A model generated the notes under the pieces. That model saw only the letters and a program-made list of their open reading frames with translations, had not been told where the DNA came from and searched no databases. Below, one piece after another: positions 36,801 through 49,644 of a stretch of 64,000 nt of DNA; positions within the stretch are counted from its first letter, which is position 1; every line of letters begins with the position of its first letter. The stretch spans positions 3,720,001 to 3,784,000 of the forward strand of contig JBHGNT010000017.1 in assembly GCA_043228905.1 (NCBI GenBank), read 5' to 3'. This DNA is from Azolla caroliniana (lineage: Eukaryota > Plantae > Polypodiophyta). A program made the position numbers and the translations under genes.

Positions 36801-38348
36801 ATGGATCTTAAAGAGTTTGGATGTTTTTTCTTATTTGCATTTCATCCTCTTTGTTTTCCACAGAAAGGGACTATTCTGGATTCTGATGCTTGCCAAGCCG
36901 GTATTCTCATGCAAGCCAAGACATTGACAAAGAGATCATTTGTCAATATGTCCCGGGATCTAGGCTACTATTGGGTTCGCCTTGTGATATATATTCTTGT
37001 TTCTGTTTGTATTGGGAATGTATATTTCAAAATCGGAACAAACTACAAATCCGTGGTGGTAGGAACTTATTTTGCATTCTTTTGATGTATGTGCTTATAC
37101 CTTCTTTGTTCAAACCAGCAATCTGCATCTAATTCGACATAATTTACTCCTTTTGCAGGCTAGGGGTGCATGTGCATCCTTTGTTTCTGGATTTGTGACG
37201 TTTATGTCGATCGGAGGCTTTCCTTCATTTATTGAAGATATGAAGGTAAGACATTATATTGCATACATGTACATACCTATATACATGTGAGTGTGGTAAC
37301 GTAAAACCCGACCAACTTGATGATATGCACATCCTTTGGCAGGCCAATGTGATCTTTCCTCTTCGATATGTCGTTTGTTTGTAGACCAAACAAATACATT
37401 GCTCTCATTTTGATAATCTTGCTGTAGGTGTTCCAAAGGGAGAGATTAAATGGACACTATGGAGTGTTAACATTTGTCATCGCAAATACCTTATCTTCGA
37501 TTCCATACCTCTTTATGATTTCTTTGGCAGCGGGGACCATCTCGTATTACATGGCCGGATTGCATCCTGGTCTTCGCCACTACGCATTTTTTGTGCTAAC
37601 ACTATTTGCTTCTGTGGCATGCGTCGAGAGCATGATGATGACAATTGCTAGTTTGGTTCCTAACTACCTCATGGGAATCATCACAGGTGCTGGAATCCTG
37701 GTAAGTATCAAAATTCTCTTAAATTATTGTTTTCTATCAAAATATGCCCACCATGCTTCCCTTTTCACTTGACATTTTTTTCATTATATGCTATCGATTA
37801 GGGTGTTTTCATGCTTGATTCCGGTTTCTTCCGATTGCCAAATGACTTGCCCAAGGTTATATGGAGATATCCTATGTCATACCTCAGCTTTAATTATTGG
37901 GCATTACAGGTAAACAAACATTGGATTTCATCTTTGAGAATGGCATTAACCAAGAGAAGGGTGGAGTTAGTATGAAAAATTCCCTCTAAGTTCAGGGATA
38001 TTCCACCCTATACATCATGATTGAGATGGATTTAAAACGGATCAATATGGATGTGCCAAATACTTAACGTGAAACCAAAATTTCTTTTTAATTGTGCAGG
38101 GGCAATATAAAAATGATCTTCTAGGTTTACAATTTCAAAGACAAAATGGATTGTCTCCTATCCCTGGGGAGCAAATCCTTCGACAAAATTTCCAAGTGGA
38201 ATCTAGATGGAGTGAATGGTGGGACTTGTTGGTTGTGTTTATTAATGTGTTTGCATATAGGGTTATATTCTTCATAAGCATCAAATCGATACCCTATACT
38301 CAAGCATTTTGGCGCAAGTTTCGAACCGGAAGAAATCGCACAAATTAG
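33829..38348 (+). CDS. ABCG11: ABCG half-size transporter, ABCG11/WBC11-like, about 728 aa. Exons: 33829-34282, 34787-34866, 34984-35273, 35578-35749, 36283-36432, 36607-36735, 36864-37058, 37159-37245, 37428-37700, 37802-37909, 38100-38348
   Basis: Walker A GPSGSGKS, signature LSGGEKRR and Walker [17 protein letters not shown]11-clade motifs [43 protein letters not shown] and WRYPMSY...WALQGQY. GT-AG introns, 2187-nt open frame. The symbol denotes clade, not proven orthology. Confidence 0.93.
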
Positions 38349-38807
38349 TTGCATGAAACTCAGATGGGTATTATAACCTCACAATTGTTTGCCATTCACA
38401 CATTATCATAACCCATAGTCAATGGACAACCTCAAATGAACATCTTGAAAGTACATATTTGCACTCTAAATATGGATTCGAAGAGCAAGATATTGAGGTT
38501 TCAGAGACATTGCTAGACAAAATCTTTGGAAACATAATCTTGAGCACATCAAAGTTGTCCTATTTGCACCTCTTTATATGTATACTAAGTGGAATAAATA
38601 AACAATAACTTCCAATTCCCACTACAAAGAATCCCCCAACAAAGATGCAAAATAGAACTTTCAATGGTTTTATTGGCACTAGCTTTTGCTGTTATCTTGT
38701 TATTAATGTTATTACTATCTATCAATAGGCCATATAAATGCCTTTATCATCATTCAAAGGTTATTCCATTTGTAAAACATTACTCTAATTTGTTTGATAA
38801 ATCAATG

Positions 38808-39313
38808 TGTAAGAGTTTCAATAAACCAACAAGATGCTCTCTACACACTACACTATGGGTGTGGATGAAAAAGAGTGAAGTAATGATACAACAAATTGAC
38901 TTGACATTTGTATTTGCGCTTCCCCTAACCATTGTTCATTGGGATGACAAGCTCAACCACTCACATTGTGTATGTACACATGTAAGCATTAGATGCCTTA
39001 CCTTTTTTTGTAAGAGCACAACCACCCTTGTCATATGTAAGGAGAACAACCTATAACATTCAATGTAAAAGATAATCTTACATCTTACCCACTCTCATCA
39101 TGACAAAGTTGTTACAAGGTAGTGAGTCAAAGGTAGAGCTATATAAGCAAGCTTGCTTCTTGTATATTGTATTCATTAAGTAAGGTAGAGCTATATAAGC
39201 AAGCTCTCTTCTTGTATATTGTGTTCATTAAGTGTTGATTTACATGTTAATAAATAATGTAGCCTCATTGTAATGATCCCTCATTGCTTAATATAAGTTT
39301 ATTTCCTTGAATG

Positions 39314-39364
<51 letters not shown>

Positions 39365-39404
39365 GAACTTATCTATGCATTCTAAGAACTTATATGAGCA
39401 ATCA
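38808..39404 (+). mobile_element. Probable solo LTR (about 597 bp) with a duplicated TATA-containing 52-bp unit and a (CT)n tract
   Basis: TGTAAG...AATCA flanked by 4-bp AATG on both sides. ctatataagc occurs twice (39130-39232), then aataaa, then (CT)n. Confidence 0.5.
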
Positions 39405-39419
39405 AATGTTGGAAAGATG

Positions 39420-40950
39420 GTTTTATGGCTTTCTTTTACATCTAACTTCCTTCTTACGGGTTGAAGACGTACGTGTAAGGATTAAGAAATTGGTCCCTTG
39501 AAATGCAGAAGGTCTTCAATGTATAAAGAGGTTGAAATTGAGTAGATGGGAAAGGAAGTGCAAGCATGGACAAGTTTTATGTTTAATCATGCATTGCAAT
39601 ATGACATACCTTATGGTTGAATTACAAATTGGATCAAACTTTTGCATACAAGTGGAGATAGGATGTGCTCTAACAAATATTGATGTGTGTGGTTTCCCCA
39701 TAAGGTGAAGAATATCGTTTTGCAGTTAGGTATATCATACATAGTATATTTACTTGTTTTTCGCAAATAGTTTAAGAGATGCACTAATGCTTGTGAGGGC
39801 ATTGGAAGAGTTTTGCATTCAAACTAAGTTGAGTGTCGATAACTCTAAAAAGAAGATTATGCTTTTAAAGAGCCAAAATAAAGATAAACCGTGCATTATG
39901 TATAATAATGAGCCTCGTGAAACTATAATGAAAAACTTTAAATAGCTTGTCCTTAAGGCTCCCTTAAATCATAGTCTATAGATAGAATGAATGTGATACT
40001 TCTAGCTGAAAGTTGATAAAAAAAAGCATATTATACATAAGAGAACTTATGCAATAATGGAGAAATTAAAGGTTGAGTCCTCAAGAAATTACCTTGTCGA
40101 CACTTTTGTGATACTTGTGCTTCTCTAGGGGCATAAGAATGGGAGCTAGCATGCCTAAGCTTAGTTTGAATGAGTTTGAAGATGTCAAAATTCGTTTTCT
40201 TACAAACGTCCTTCAAGTCAAGAAACAAAAACCGCACACCCTCCCACTTATGAAGATTTTAGTTCCCATTGAGATTATTGCCACGGAAATGGTTGAGTAG
40301 TACATATGTAAGCATAAAAAAAGACCCTCCCATCAACTTCCCAAGATTGCATGGTCCTAAAGACACATTAAGGAAATTTTGTGTACCTTGATTGGATGCA
40401 AAACATGAAACAATGGTTTAAAAGGTAGGAGGAAACACACTTGTTTTATGATGCATCAATAGATTCCTTGGTGAATGAGGGTGTAATGTCAATGTATCAT
40501 GAGATGGGGAAATGTGGAGGCTTTGCACATATGATATACCTATCAGCAAAACCATATTCTTCAATGTCAATGTATCATGAGATGGGGAAATGTGGAGGCT
40601 TTGCACATATGATATACCTATCTGCAAAACCATATTCTTCACCATATGGGGAAACAACACACATTAATATTTGTTAGAGCGCATCCTATTGTCCGTCATT
40701 TCCATCCAATTTAGTTAACTCTCACCAATTTGATATGAGACTAGATATTGGGGCACAAGTGATGAGACTATTAACCATGGTCCTTTTTCCCTAAGACATG
40801 TTTGTGAAGCCCTTCATCACACTTTGATATAACGCTCTTCCTCTAATCAAATTTGACTATGAATTTCTCTCACAATCATAATGTACACCCTCAATTGTGA
40901 TGATGTTCATTAGTGAAGTTCTTGAACATTAAGAGTCACTACTCACTTTC
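39420..40950 (+). mobile_element. Decayed non-LTR (LINE) retrotransposon, RT C-terminal part
   Basis: ALEEFCIQTKLSVDNSKKKIML...YNNEPRETIMKNFK resembles the LINE RT pattern L..FC...L.VN..KTK.M...V..FKYLG. Boundaries approximate. Confidence 0.6.
40485..40641. repeat. 78-bp near-perfect tandem duplication
   Basis: aatgtcaatgtatcatgagatgggg at 40485 and 40563. Confidence 0.92.
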
Positions 40951-41619
40951 CTATGTATCATATGAAAAGTTATATTTTTTGTCTCATGGGTATTTGACTT
41001 CTCTACATGATATTTATATATATGTATATATGTGCATGTTAAATACCAATTTAATCAAGAAATAATTGATGTGTACAACTGTGGAATGTATGATGGCATC
41101 CTTGATTTGGATCCTAGGGAAGTCCCACTAGGGTTAAAGTCATTGCGTCCTCCAGTCGCATGCTTTTCTTCACACCACACTCAACAATGTATGCATACAT
41201 GGGAGAGCCAAGCAAAAAATTTGATATGACTATGGATGTTGTAAACAAATGAGAAGCTTGAAACAATTTGTATACATAAACAAGAAAGAGAAACATTCCA
41301 AAACCTTGTGAGGAAGAGGAAAGTTGTACTTGGCTAAATCTAAAGCAAGGGTGTAACAGTTGTTTCTAGGACAAGAAAGTAAAAGAGCATGTACAATGCT
41401 TAACGAGACACAACCTATCACATAACTACCTTACCCTGAAATCATGACATGAATATGCAAAGGTACTCTATCACATCTTCAACAAGCCCTCCCTCTCCCA
41501 AATAGCTCATGCTCATGTGAACCCACCTTTTCTTACTTCACGAAAGACCATAAATGTGATTGTAAGGTTGCAATCTTCAAAGGCCCAAGATCATGATGGA
41601 TCAATGGGTGAAATTTTAA

Positions 41620-42290
41620 TAGACACCTTGATCACGCTCTTGTTGCTTGCACACATATTTAATAGAACTATGTGGGAAGGGTTCCCTAGTATCTAGACAA
41701 AACATAACATAATACCTCTCAAGATTCGAAATCCTAGAAATTGTAGTACTATCTTGATTGGTCGTTAGTTGGTTAAACTAGATATTTTGATCTTAGAGTT
41801 AGAATTGAGCATATGGAAAGAGAGAAATGTTTGTCGCCTAGATAGAGAAATACATTTCTGAAAGTTATGGTTCAAAACTTTGGATCACATATTCACTGGA
41901 AAAGAGAATATATTATTGCTTTGTACCACATGCACGTTTCATGGAGTGATTAGAAACCCTTAAAAGTCTTAGTGGAAGGCAACAGGGGATCTATGCACCA
42001 TTTGGAAAAGTGTAAGGGAAAGTGCGCACTCTTATTGGGTTGTTAAGCTTGTGGTTAACATGATTAGAGTCGACAAAGTATGCTCATTATTGTCTACAAC
42101 TCTCTTCGATCTCTATGCAAATGAGATATCGTATTGCACAGAGAGATTGGATGGTTCAAGATCATGCTTACTACGAGTACCCATACCACTACTATTGCAT
42201 GCCGATGACATTATTTTGATATTTGACTCTTTAGAGGGCCTATAAAGATATTGAAATTCTTTAAAGAATTTTTTTACACGCGTATGCATA
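41620..42290 (+). mobile_element. Decayed LINE reverse transcriptase fragment
   Basis: VDKVCSLLSTTLFDLYANE...LLLHADDIILIFDSLEGL is a degenerate GVKQGCPLSP.LF.LY...LLYADD..L...S.EGL. Confidence 0.75.
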
Positions 42291-43619
42291 TTTTCCCAAC
42301 ATCATTCCAATATAACTTGCATAGTCCACACTTGAACATGACATGACGAAAGTGGATAAGAAGTCAACTAGTACTAGAAAATTAGGTAATGAAAGAACAT
42401 CTCTTGTGTAAGAAGATGATCGAGTACAAGGCACTCTTTTTGCATGTTGTTGGACAAGCTTGAGACCTTTCATCTGTGTGCAATTAAATCTTTTCAACAC
42501 CAAATCATTATCGTATATTATGTTATATCTTGATCTTTTATCCCTTTTCTTGTATAAATTATGGCTTCATCTTTTATCAATTTCTCATGTAGTTGAGTAA
42601 AATCTCATTTACTTAGATTCATGAAAATCTTGGGGTTTTTTGGAGACTTTAGTACTCATGGAGTTTGTTATTACAAAGTTAATATATTTGTTTCTAGTTC
42701 TCAGGAGTCAGAACCGTTGTAGTAGTTCCTAGTTTTGTTGTGTGTTCTCAACACTCACATGTTGAAGTCTTTGAGGAACCTCTTATTCTCTTGCTTTGAT
42801 TGCCACAAATTTCGTTTTGTGGAGCTCCAACTTTGTTAGGACATGCCTATATTCTTGCTTACTTATAATGAACTTCATACCTAGACAAATTCTCAATGGG
42901 GTTCTCAAGACAAAAAAGAGGTGGAGAGGAGGAATTCTAGTTCAAACATTCGAGGATGGCAACAAAAAATAATACCACATTGGAAAGGGGAAAGGGCAAG
43001 GAGTTTTATTATAAATAATAAGAAGTATCTATGAAGGTTACATCAAAAATTGGTGTTGAATGAGAATTTTGACAACCTTCTCACTTCTCTTTCCTTGTGT
43101 GTTGACTATATATGTCATATCACGGTGTGCAACAATGAGCCAACGTCTCAATCTTGGTTAGAGTTATGCCTACTCACAAAGGCCATTTGTTGGATAGGGC
43201 TATCATCTACCTAATTGGTAGCAATAAAGGTAAGAATCCTCATCGATCATTCCCAAATTACAAACAATCATACTAATTACTAAGACATGCTCCTTTAACC
43301 TCTCTCATATTAATTGTCTAATTAAGAGACAATGTACGCTATCTTATGACCTGATCCAAACACTTTAAAATGCTTAGGCATCAAGAAATTAAACGAAGAC
43401 AATAAATACACATCTATTTATAAAGGTAATCAAGGTCATACAAGTATTAGCAATAAGTCAATTGTAAAGCACTACATGCTAATCTTGAGAGAACGAGACA
43501 AGAGTTCAAACTTAAATTTATGAGGAGCTTATTCCTTGGCATTTATAGCTCTTTACACTTTAAGTGCATTTGGCTTTGTCCCCTTTCCCATCATGGGGAC
43601 ACAAGACATTATTTAAAGT

Positions 43620-44320
43620 TCTCAAACTCTCTTCCTCCTAAACATGCCAATGCACATGCTCATGTTGGTGAAGCATAAGTATAGACTATGTTGCGTACAA
43701 CAAGTGCTTAACATTAGCTTTGTATACCCTTCATAATACAATATTTCTTGTTGACAATCAAATTTGGTGTGCTTTACCACCATGACTTTGGTCTTCGCAC
43801 CATTTATTACTATCTCACCATGCTTAAAAAACATATGTCGCAAATCTAAAAACAAAATCACATTTCAACTCTAAAAACCATGGAATATTGTACAACATTA
43901 ATTACATAAATCAAATGCATCCTTGTAAAATGTTCTATTGACATTCTTTTTCGCATGTTCGAGTAGGCTTCTCAAGTAAATTCTCTTAGTTGATCAATAG
44001 AAAGACCAAATAGAATAAATGATAAATGCATGGTTCACTACCATATGCTCTTGAACTCTCTAAATGAGCCGTGAGGTGTAGCGTAGTTGAACCAGGGTTC
44101 CTTGATCCATGTGTATTGGTATGCAGTTTTTCCCATTCTCTCCCATAACTTTGCCTTTGGGCTTTGCCCTTGAGATTTTGTTAAATTCATTCTTGAAATC
44201 TACAACACCAACCTACAATAGTTTAGAGAGAGAGATTAATACCTATAAAACCACACTACCAATTATTTTCCTTGAGATTAGATGATATTAGCTTTTTTTT
44301 CCAAAAAAAAAAACTACTTC
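43620..44320 (-). mobile_element. Decayed LINE reverse transcriptase fragment, minus strand
   Basis: Minus-strand VDFK, LFGLSID and INGAKTKVMVV motifs in RT order. Confidence 0.6.
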
Positions 44321-45654
44321 CAGATATTAGCTTTTATCATCCTTCACATGGCCAATTTTGACCTATTGATCGTGTATTGACTCCTTCCTAAGAGGGGGTT
44401 AACTACTTTGTAGTAAAAACTCTGTGTGAAAATAATACACATATGCTCACTCTTCTTGGTGGATTCGAGGGCACTTTTATCATGCTCTTCTAACATGTCA
44501 TCATACTTCTCACAGTATACATTATACGTTGATCATGTGGGCATAAGAGAGAGAATTATTAATCGCTCTATCTTTTTTCGTAAATGATGCCTTTCCCTAC
44601 GAAAGCCACCACAACAAAATTTAGAGGTCTCTATAAAACATTGATAACTTTGTCCCTCAAATCCACTAATTTCTTTTCTCGATTTCTCATCATAAATTAT
44701 GGCCCTAATTGTCTGAAAAAGAGACCAAAATAGCCTATCAAACCAAAATCATATGCATCTTATATAGCTAGAAAGCCAGATTATGATGGTAGAGATTAAT
44801 CATGGTCAAATTATCACAAGCAAATTACATTTTTCACAATACATTTTTTACCAGAGATATTTTGAATATTCACATGTGTAGTTTGATATTACCTTCATTT
44901 TTATGTTTCCTTACAAAGTTACAAGTAGGTAGTGTGACCTAATGCGTTTATGTTATATCAAGGCACAATTGATTAAGTAACACATTTTTATTTGTTATGC
45001 ATAAGGTTATACAGCAGATTCAACAACTTTACCACTAGTACACCATCACATAAAGGCACATTGTGCAATAGTATTTTATTTCTTGTTTATATGAATCACA
45101 TCGGTAGTACGCTGGAAAAGGCCAAGTTAAATTTGACGCCCATTGGATATGAGTTTATAAGCATCCAAAAAGGGTGTCCTTTTGAGCCAAGGAGTCATGA
45201 TGAAACCTATGAATTAATAATTCCTAATGATGGAACCTATGAGTTTATGTACCCTACATAGGAAATATGTAATACCCATTAAAGTGTTTTCACATATGAA
45301 GCTACACTACGGTGAGTCATCAAGGCTTTCTATATTAAAATTTCAGAAGTCGCCCTTCTCCTGCCCTAATTGGCTTCAAAATTGAGTTCATAGTCTTTCC
45401 AATGTTATTAGTCTATTTTTAGACTAGTTACCATAATCTTCAACTATTATTGGTGATAGTCTCGTTCTTCTTTAATCAATGCATCCCCCAAGAGAGTATA
45501 ATACTCTCAATGTCTATTGTTTCATTTAACAACATATCGAAGAGTGTGACTCTCAATCCAGTATTTGATGAAATTTGATGTTTGTAAACAATGGCATGTG
45601 ATATATAGCATATTGATCACTCTATGTATTTCCTAATTTAGATGACAATCTTAA

Positions 45655-47480
45655 CTATGACACCAACTCTAATAAAGAAAATTAGAATAAGACAGTGTCA
45701 ACCATCACTATCTGATAGGTACAAAACAAAGTTTTGCATTGATCGAAAGATCAATTATCAAATATAAAGTAGGATTTTCACAAACATTATTTTGGAACAA
45801 AACAACAAATTGAGAGTAGTTGATCACTCGAGAAAAGGTGTGGCTTCATTTAAATTAACTAATTAGAGATGTGGATGGCGGTAGATATGTCTTGTTGATG
45901 TGCAAGATATCTACCCACCCTAAGAGAAATCCCCATTGCATATATTTTGCATGTGCAATTGGACGACAATGTTGTGTATGATGGGGAAAGGGTATAGTGG
46001 GAAAGGACCCACTAGGCAGGTAAATTTATAGTTGAGAGGTTCTAGCAAATATATTATTATTCAGTCATCTTTTAAAAATAAAGTAAAAACTATTACATGT
46101 TACTTTCTCGATTTGAATTATTTTCAGTAAGGGAACAATCGGAATATTGTATTAGGGTTATGATGCCTGTCATCAAGCCTATAATTGGTGATCTTCCCGT
46201 AAGGGTTTCAAAAACAACAATACTGCATGCTCAATTTGGAATCAAGATGTGAAAGTTACGGCCATTTCTCTAAAAAATTAGATCCAAGAGTTCCTCAACA
46301 AAGGCTCTTCACTATTTGTTAGGAGATAGCCATCCAAGTGCTTAGAATTAGGCCCATAAATTGCCCAAAATTTTCTTGATGAATTTATGTTTATATATCC
46401 ACGTGATCATACACTTAATTATGAATGTAGTCATGTTGGATATCTTTAGAACACACTTATTTTTTGCGCATCTTGTTACAACTTCCAAGGTTATTAAACA
46501 TAGACTAAAAGGGAAATATTTTTTGCACATCATGTTGCAACTTCCACGGTTATTAAACATAGACTAAAAAGGGAGGTTTCCCATTGTATTTGTAAACAAG
46601 GATCACATAGAATGGAGTGACATGATATTATATATTAGAATGTGAGCCAATATGTATATATAGTGACTAGATTCGAGGTTACGGGAGGATTGCTTTAGCG
46701 TGCAACATCCTTTGGTTATGTTATATCTAGGCATTTGATTGATTATGACATTTGGTTGTCTTCTAAGAGAATGATTTGATTTTATATATCAGCATTCGAT
46801 CTTAGGGTCAATGATAATGTGTGGTGAATTAGCGTAGCAAGTTTCTTAAATATTATGGTCATAGTAATATATCACCATCCTTATTTTCTATCAGTTTTGC
46901 AACCTTATATGGAGGCAAAACATGGACATTCTTGATGTTGATTTTATCCGTTAAGATGTGAAATGTTGTCTTGGAACCAAATCTTCTATGAAAAATTGCA
47001 CACACACACACATAATACTATAATATTTCCATGGCAAGATAGTGATAAATATAGCCTTAAAACCTCTATCTAGTTTCTCAAATATGTTCGTGATCTCAAC
47101 TACATTTATCACCAACTCTAATCAAAATGGTTGAATGTGATAGTATCGACCATCAGTGTCCATCTACAAAACAATCTATCAAGCAAAAGCTCATGTGTCA
47201 ATGCGACCTCTAGTTTCCCAAGCATCCATGAAAATAACACATGGTCGGAGATTTTGACTGGAGAATGCGTACATAGTTCACACCAAAAAGAGAACTTTGC
47301 ATAAATTTTTAACTAAGAGATGTGGATGGTGGTAGATGCTAGTGCATTGTTTATATGTAAACTACCTACCCACCCTACCAGTTCCCACAATTTTTGGTTT
47401 GAGTGTGCAAATATTGGCCGATAATGTCATTTGTGATAAGATGTGAAATTACAGTGGACCTCTAGCTTAGGGCCCACCTT
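45655..47480. repeat. Diverged direct repeats of about 360 bp (about 45655-46015 and 47105-47480)
   Basis: caccaactctaat at 45661 and 47110, agagatgtggatgg.ggtagat at 45865 and 47316, and ctacccacccta in both. Constant offset of about 1450. Confidence 0.75.
46460..46575. repeat. 59-bp tandem duplication
   Basis: ttattaaacatagactaaaa at 46491 and 46550. Confidence 0.85.
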
Positions 47481-49074
47481 ATAAGCAAAACAAATGTTGT
47501 AGAATTTCTGTACCAAATTGAGTTGCATTATATTGTGAACTCAACTTCGATGATAACCTTATAATCAATTTATATATCAAGTTACTATATTATTTACTAA
47601 AAGCAACACCATTATGTTTGTATGTTTAATGCATATAACAAAAATTTAAGCATCATCATTATCCTAATGTATTTCCATTTCGCAACATGTAATCTTTTCT
47701 TTCTTTTATTCCAAAATGAAGCTACTTTCGCATTAGGTAGGCAAGATTATACAGACTATACAAGGAGGCTTCTACGCAACATGTAATCTTATTTAGTGGT
47801 ATGTTAATACACATTGAAGGTCATCACTAGCAATGTAGTTTTGAATAGAATAGAATACCGAGTAATTAGCCCTTATTCTATCCAAACCACATCATAATAA
47901 TGATGCCATATTGATAGTTAGTACCCGACAACATAGGATAAGTTTGTTTTGCTCCTTATAACTATGACAAAGTAGTTGGGTTATACAATTCAATGACACC
48001 GTGGTGATTGCATGAGTTGGCATTAACATGAAGCTATTTTTTTTATGGAAAATAAAGAAATGATCTACAATATCTTTACACCTTGGAGAGTCAAAATTCG
48101 AGAATTCGTAATCAGGCTCCCAAAATGCGTTGAAATGGAAATTGTTTCTGGCCCCATGAGTATTCTTGACAAGGATCGCATGCAAAGTGATGACAAAATT
48201 AATTATGGGGACATGATTATGATGATAAATTGACATGCAAGAATGACACAAAGTCCCTACACACATTGTGACACTATTGGAGCTAAAGGCATGTCTCGCA
48301 TGTATTAATGTATGACAAGAGCACAACTTATAAATCTATAAAAAGGCAATTTGAAACAAGTGGTTACGAGCGCCGATCGACCCACCTTATGATACACCTA
48401 TAAACAAGTTTGTCTCATTAAGCTACATACTAGCTATATTTCTAATTAAAGCCTATGTTTAGGCATGGTTGGACATCAACTCCAATAGTTAGAGGTCGAA
48501 GTGTGAACATCCAAGAAATTATTAACATGGTCCAAGTTTAGGCGCACTAGTAGTAGTTGGATAAACTGGAAGTGTCGATTTACAGGCACAGGACTGCGAA
48601 GAAAGAGAATGTCGTTAATATTAACGAATGCACTCTGATGGGTGTGGTCATGGGGTAGATGATCACGATGGGCCCGATAATAATAATAATAACAACAACT
48701 CATGTCGAAGCGGATGTGTGTGTCTACTACGTATGTGAATGTGTGGGGTTGGGTGGTCGAAAAGGGGTCCCAAGGGGAAGGGTGGGGGGGTGGTAAAAAT
48801 TTATAGATGATAGTTCTTATAAGGGGGTTTATAACCATGGTCATGTGTCCTATGCTTTTCTTATACAACAAATCATTGTGTGTCACTATGTTTGTGAGTG
48901 TCTATGTATGTATGTATGCATGCCATGGAGATAGACGGACTTGAGATGTATGGGAATTGAATTGAACTTAAATTCAATGGCTCATATCTAACCAAGTGTA
49001 TGTTGGTAGTCTTAGTGGCAAGGTATCTAGAAGAAGAAGAAGTTTTAGTAGTAGTACCGGTGGTGGTGATAGTG

Positions 49075-49110
<36 letters not shown>

Positions 49111-49644
49111 AAAAGTTCCCATGATGAGTGAGTCTCCCTTATAACTTATAATTATAAAAGTAAAAAGGGAAGAAACATATGTTCCCAATCTATTTATTAT
49201 TCATTATCTACCTCCTCCACTTCTTCTTCTTCTTCTTCTTCATTCATCATCACTACATTTCATTATAACTCCCCACATATACTTGGGGACTCTTCAGCCC
49301 CATCATCATCATTATGATTATTCTATTCTTATACTATAACCCCATTCATCATTCATTCATATCATATCATATTGAATCCTAGATTGCAAATTTACATTAA
49401 TATATATACATATGCTAATGCTGCAAATTACCAATGCTCCCTTAATGCTAATTCACTTCCTTAATGCTCCATAATTCTATATATGTATGCGGCAGATGCG
49501 TAGTGGCATTGAATTACCATCAATTGGATCCGAGACAGCAATCCGCATATGCGGGTCAATGCACAAGTCCCATCTAATTAGTTAGTTAGTTAGTTAGTTT
49601 AGTTAGTTATTCATCACACATCAGTTTGTTGATCGGGCCGTAAT

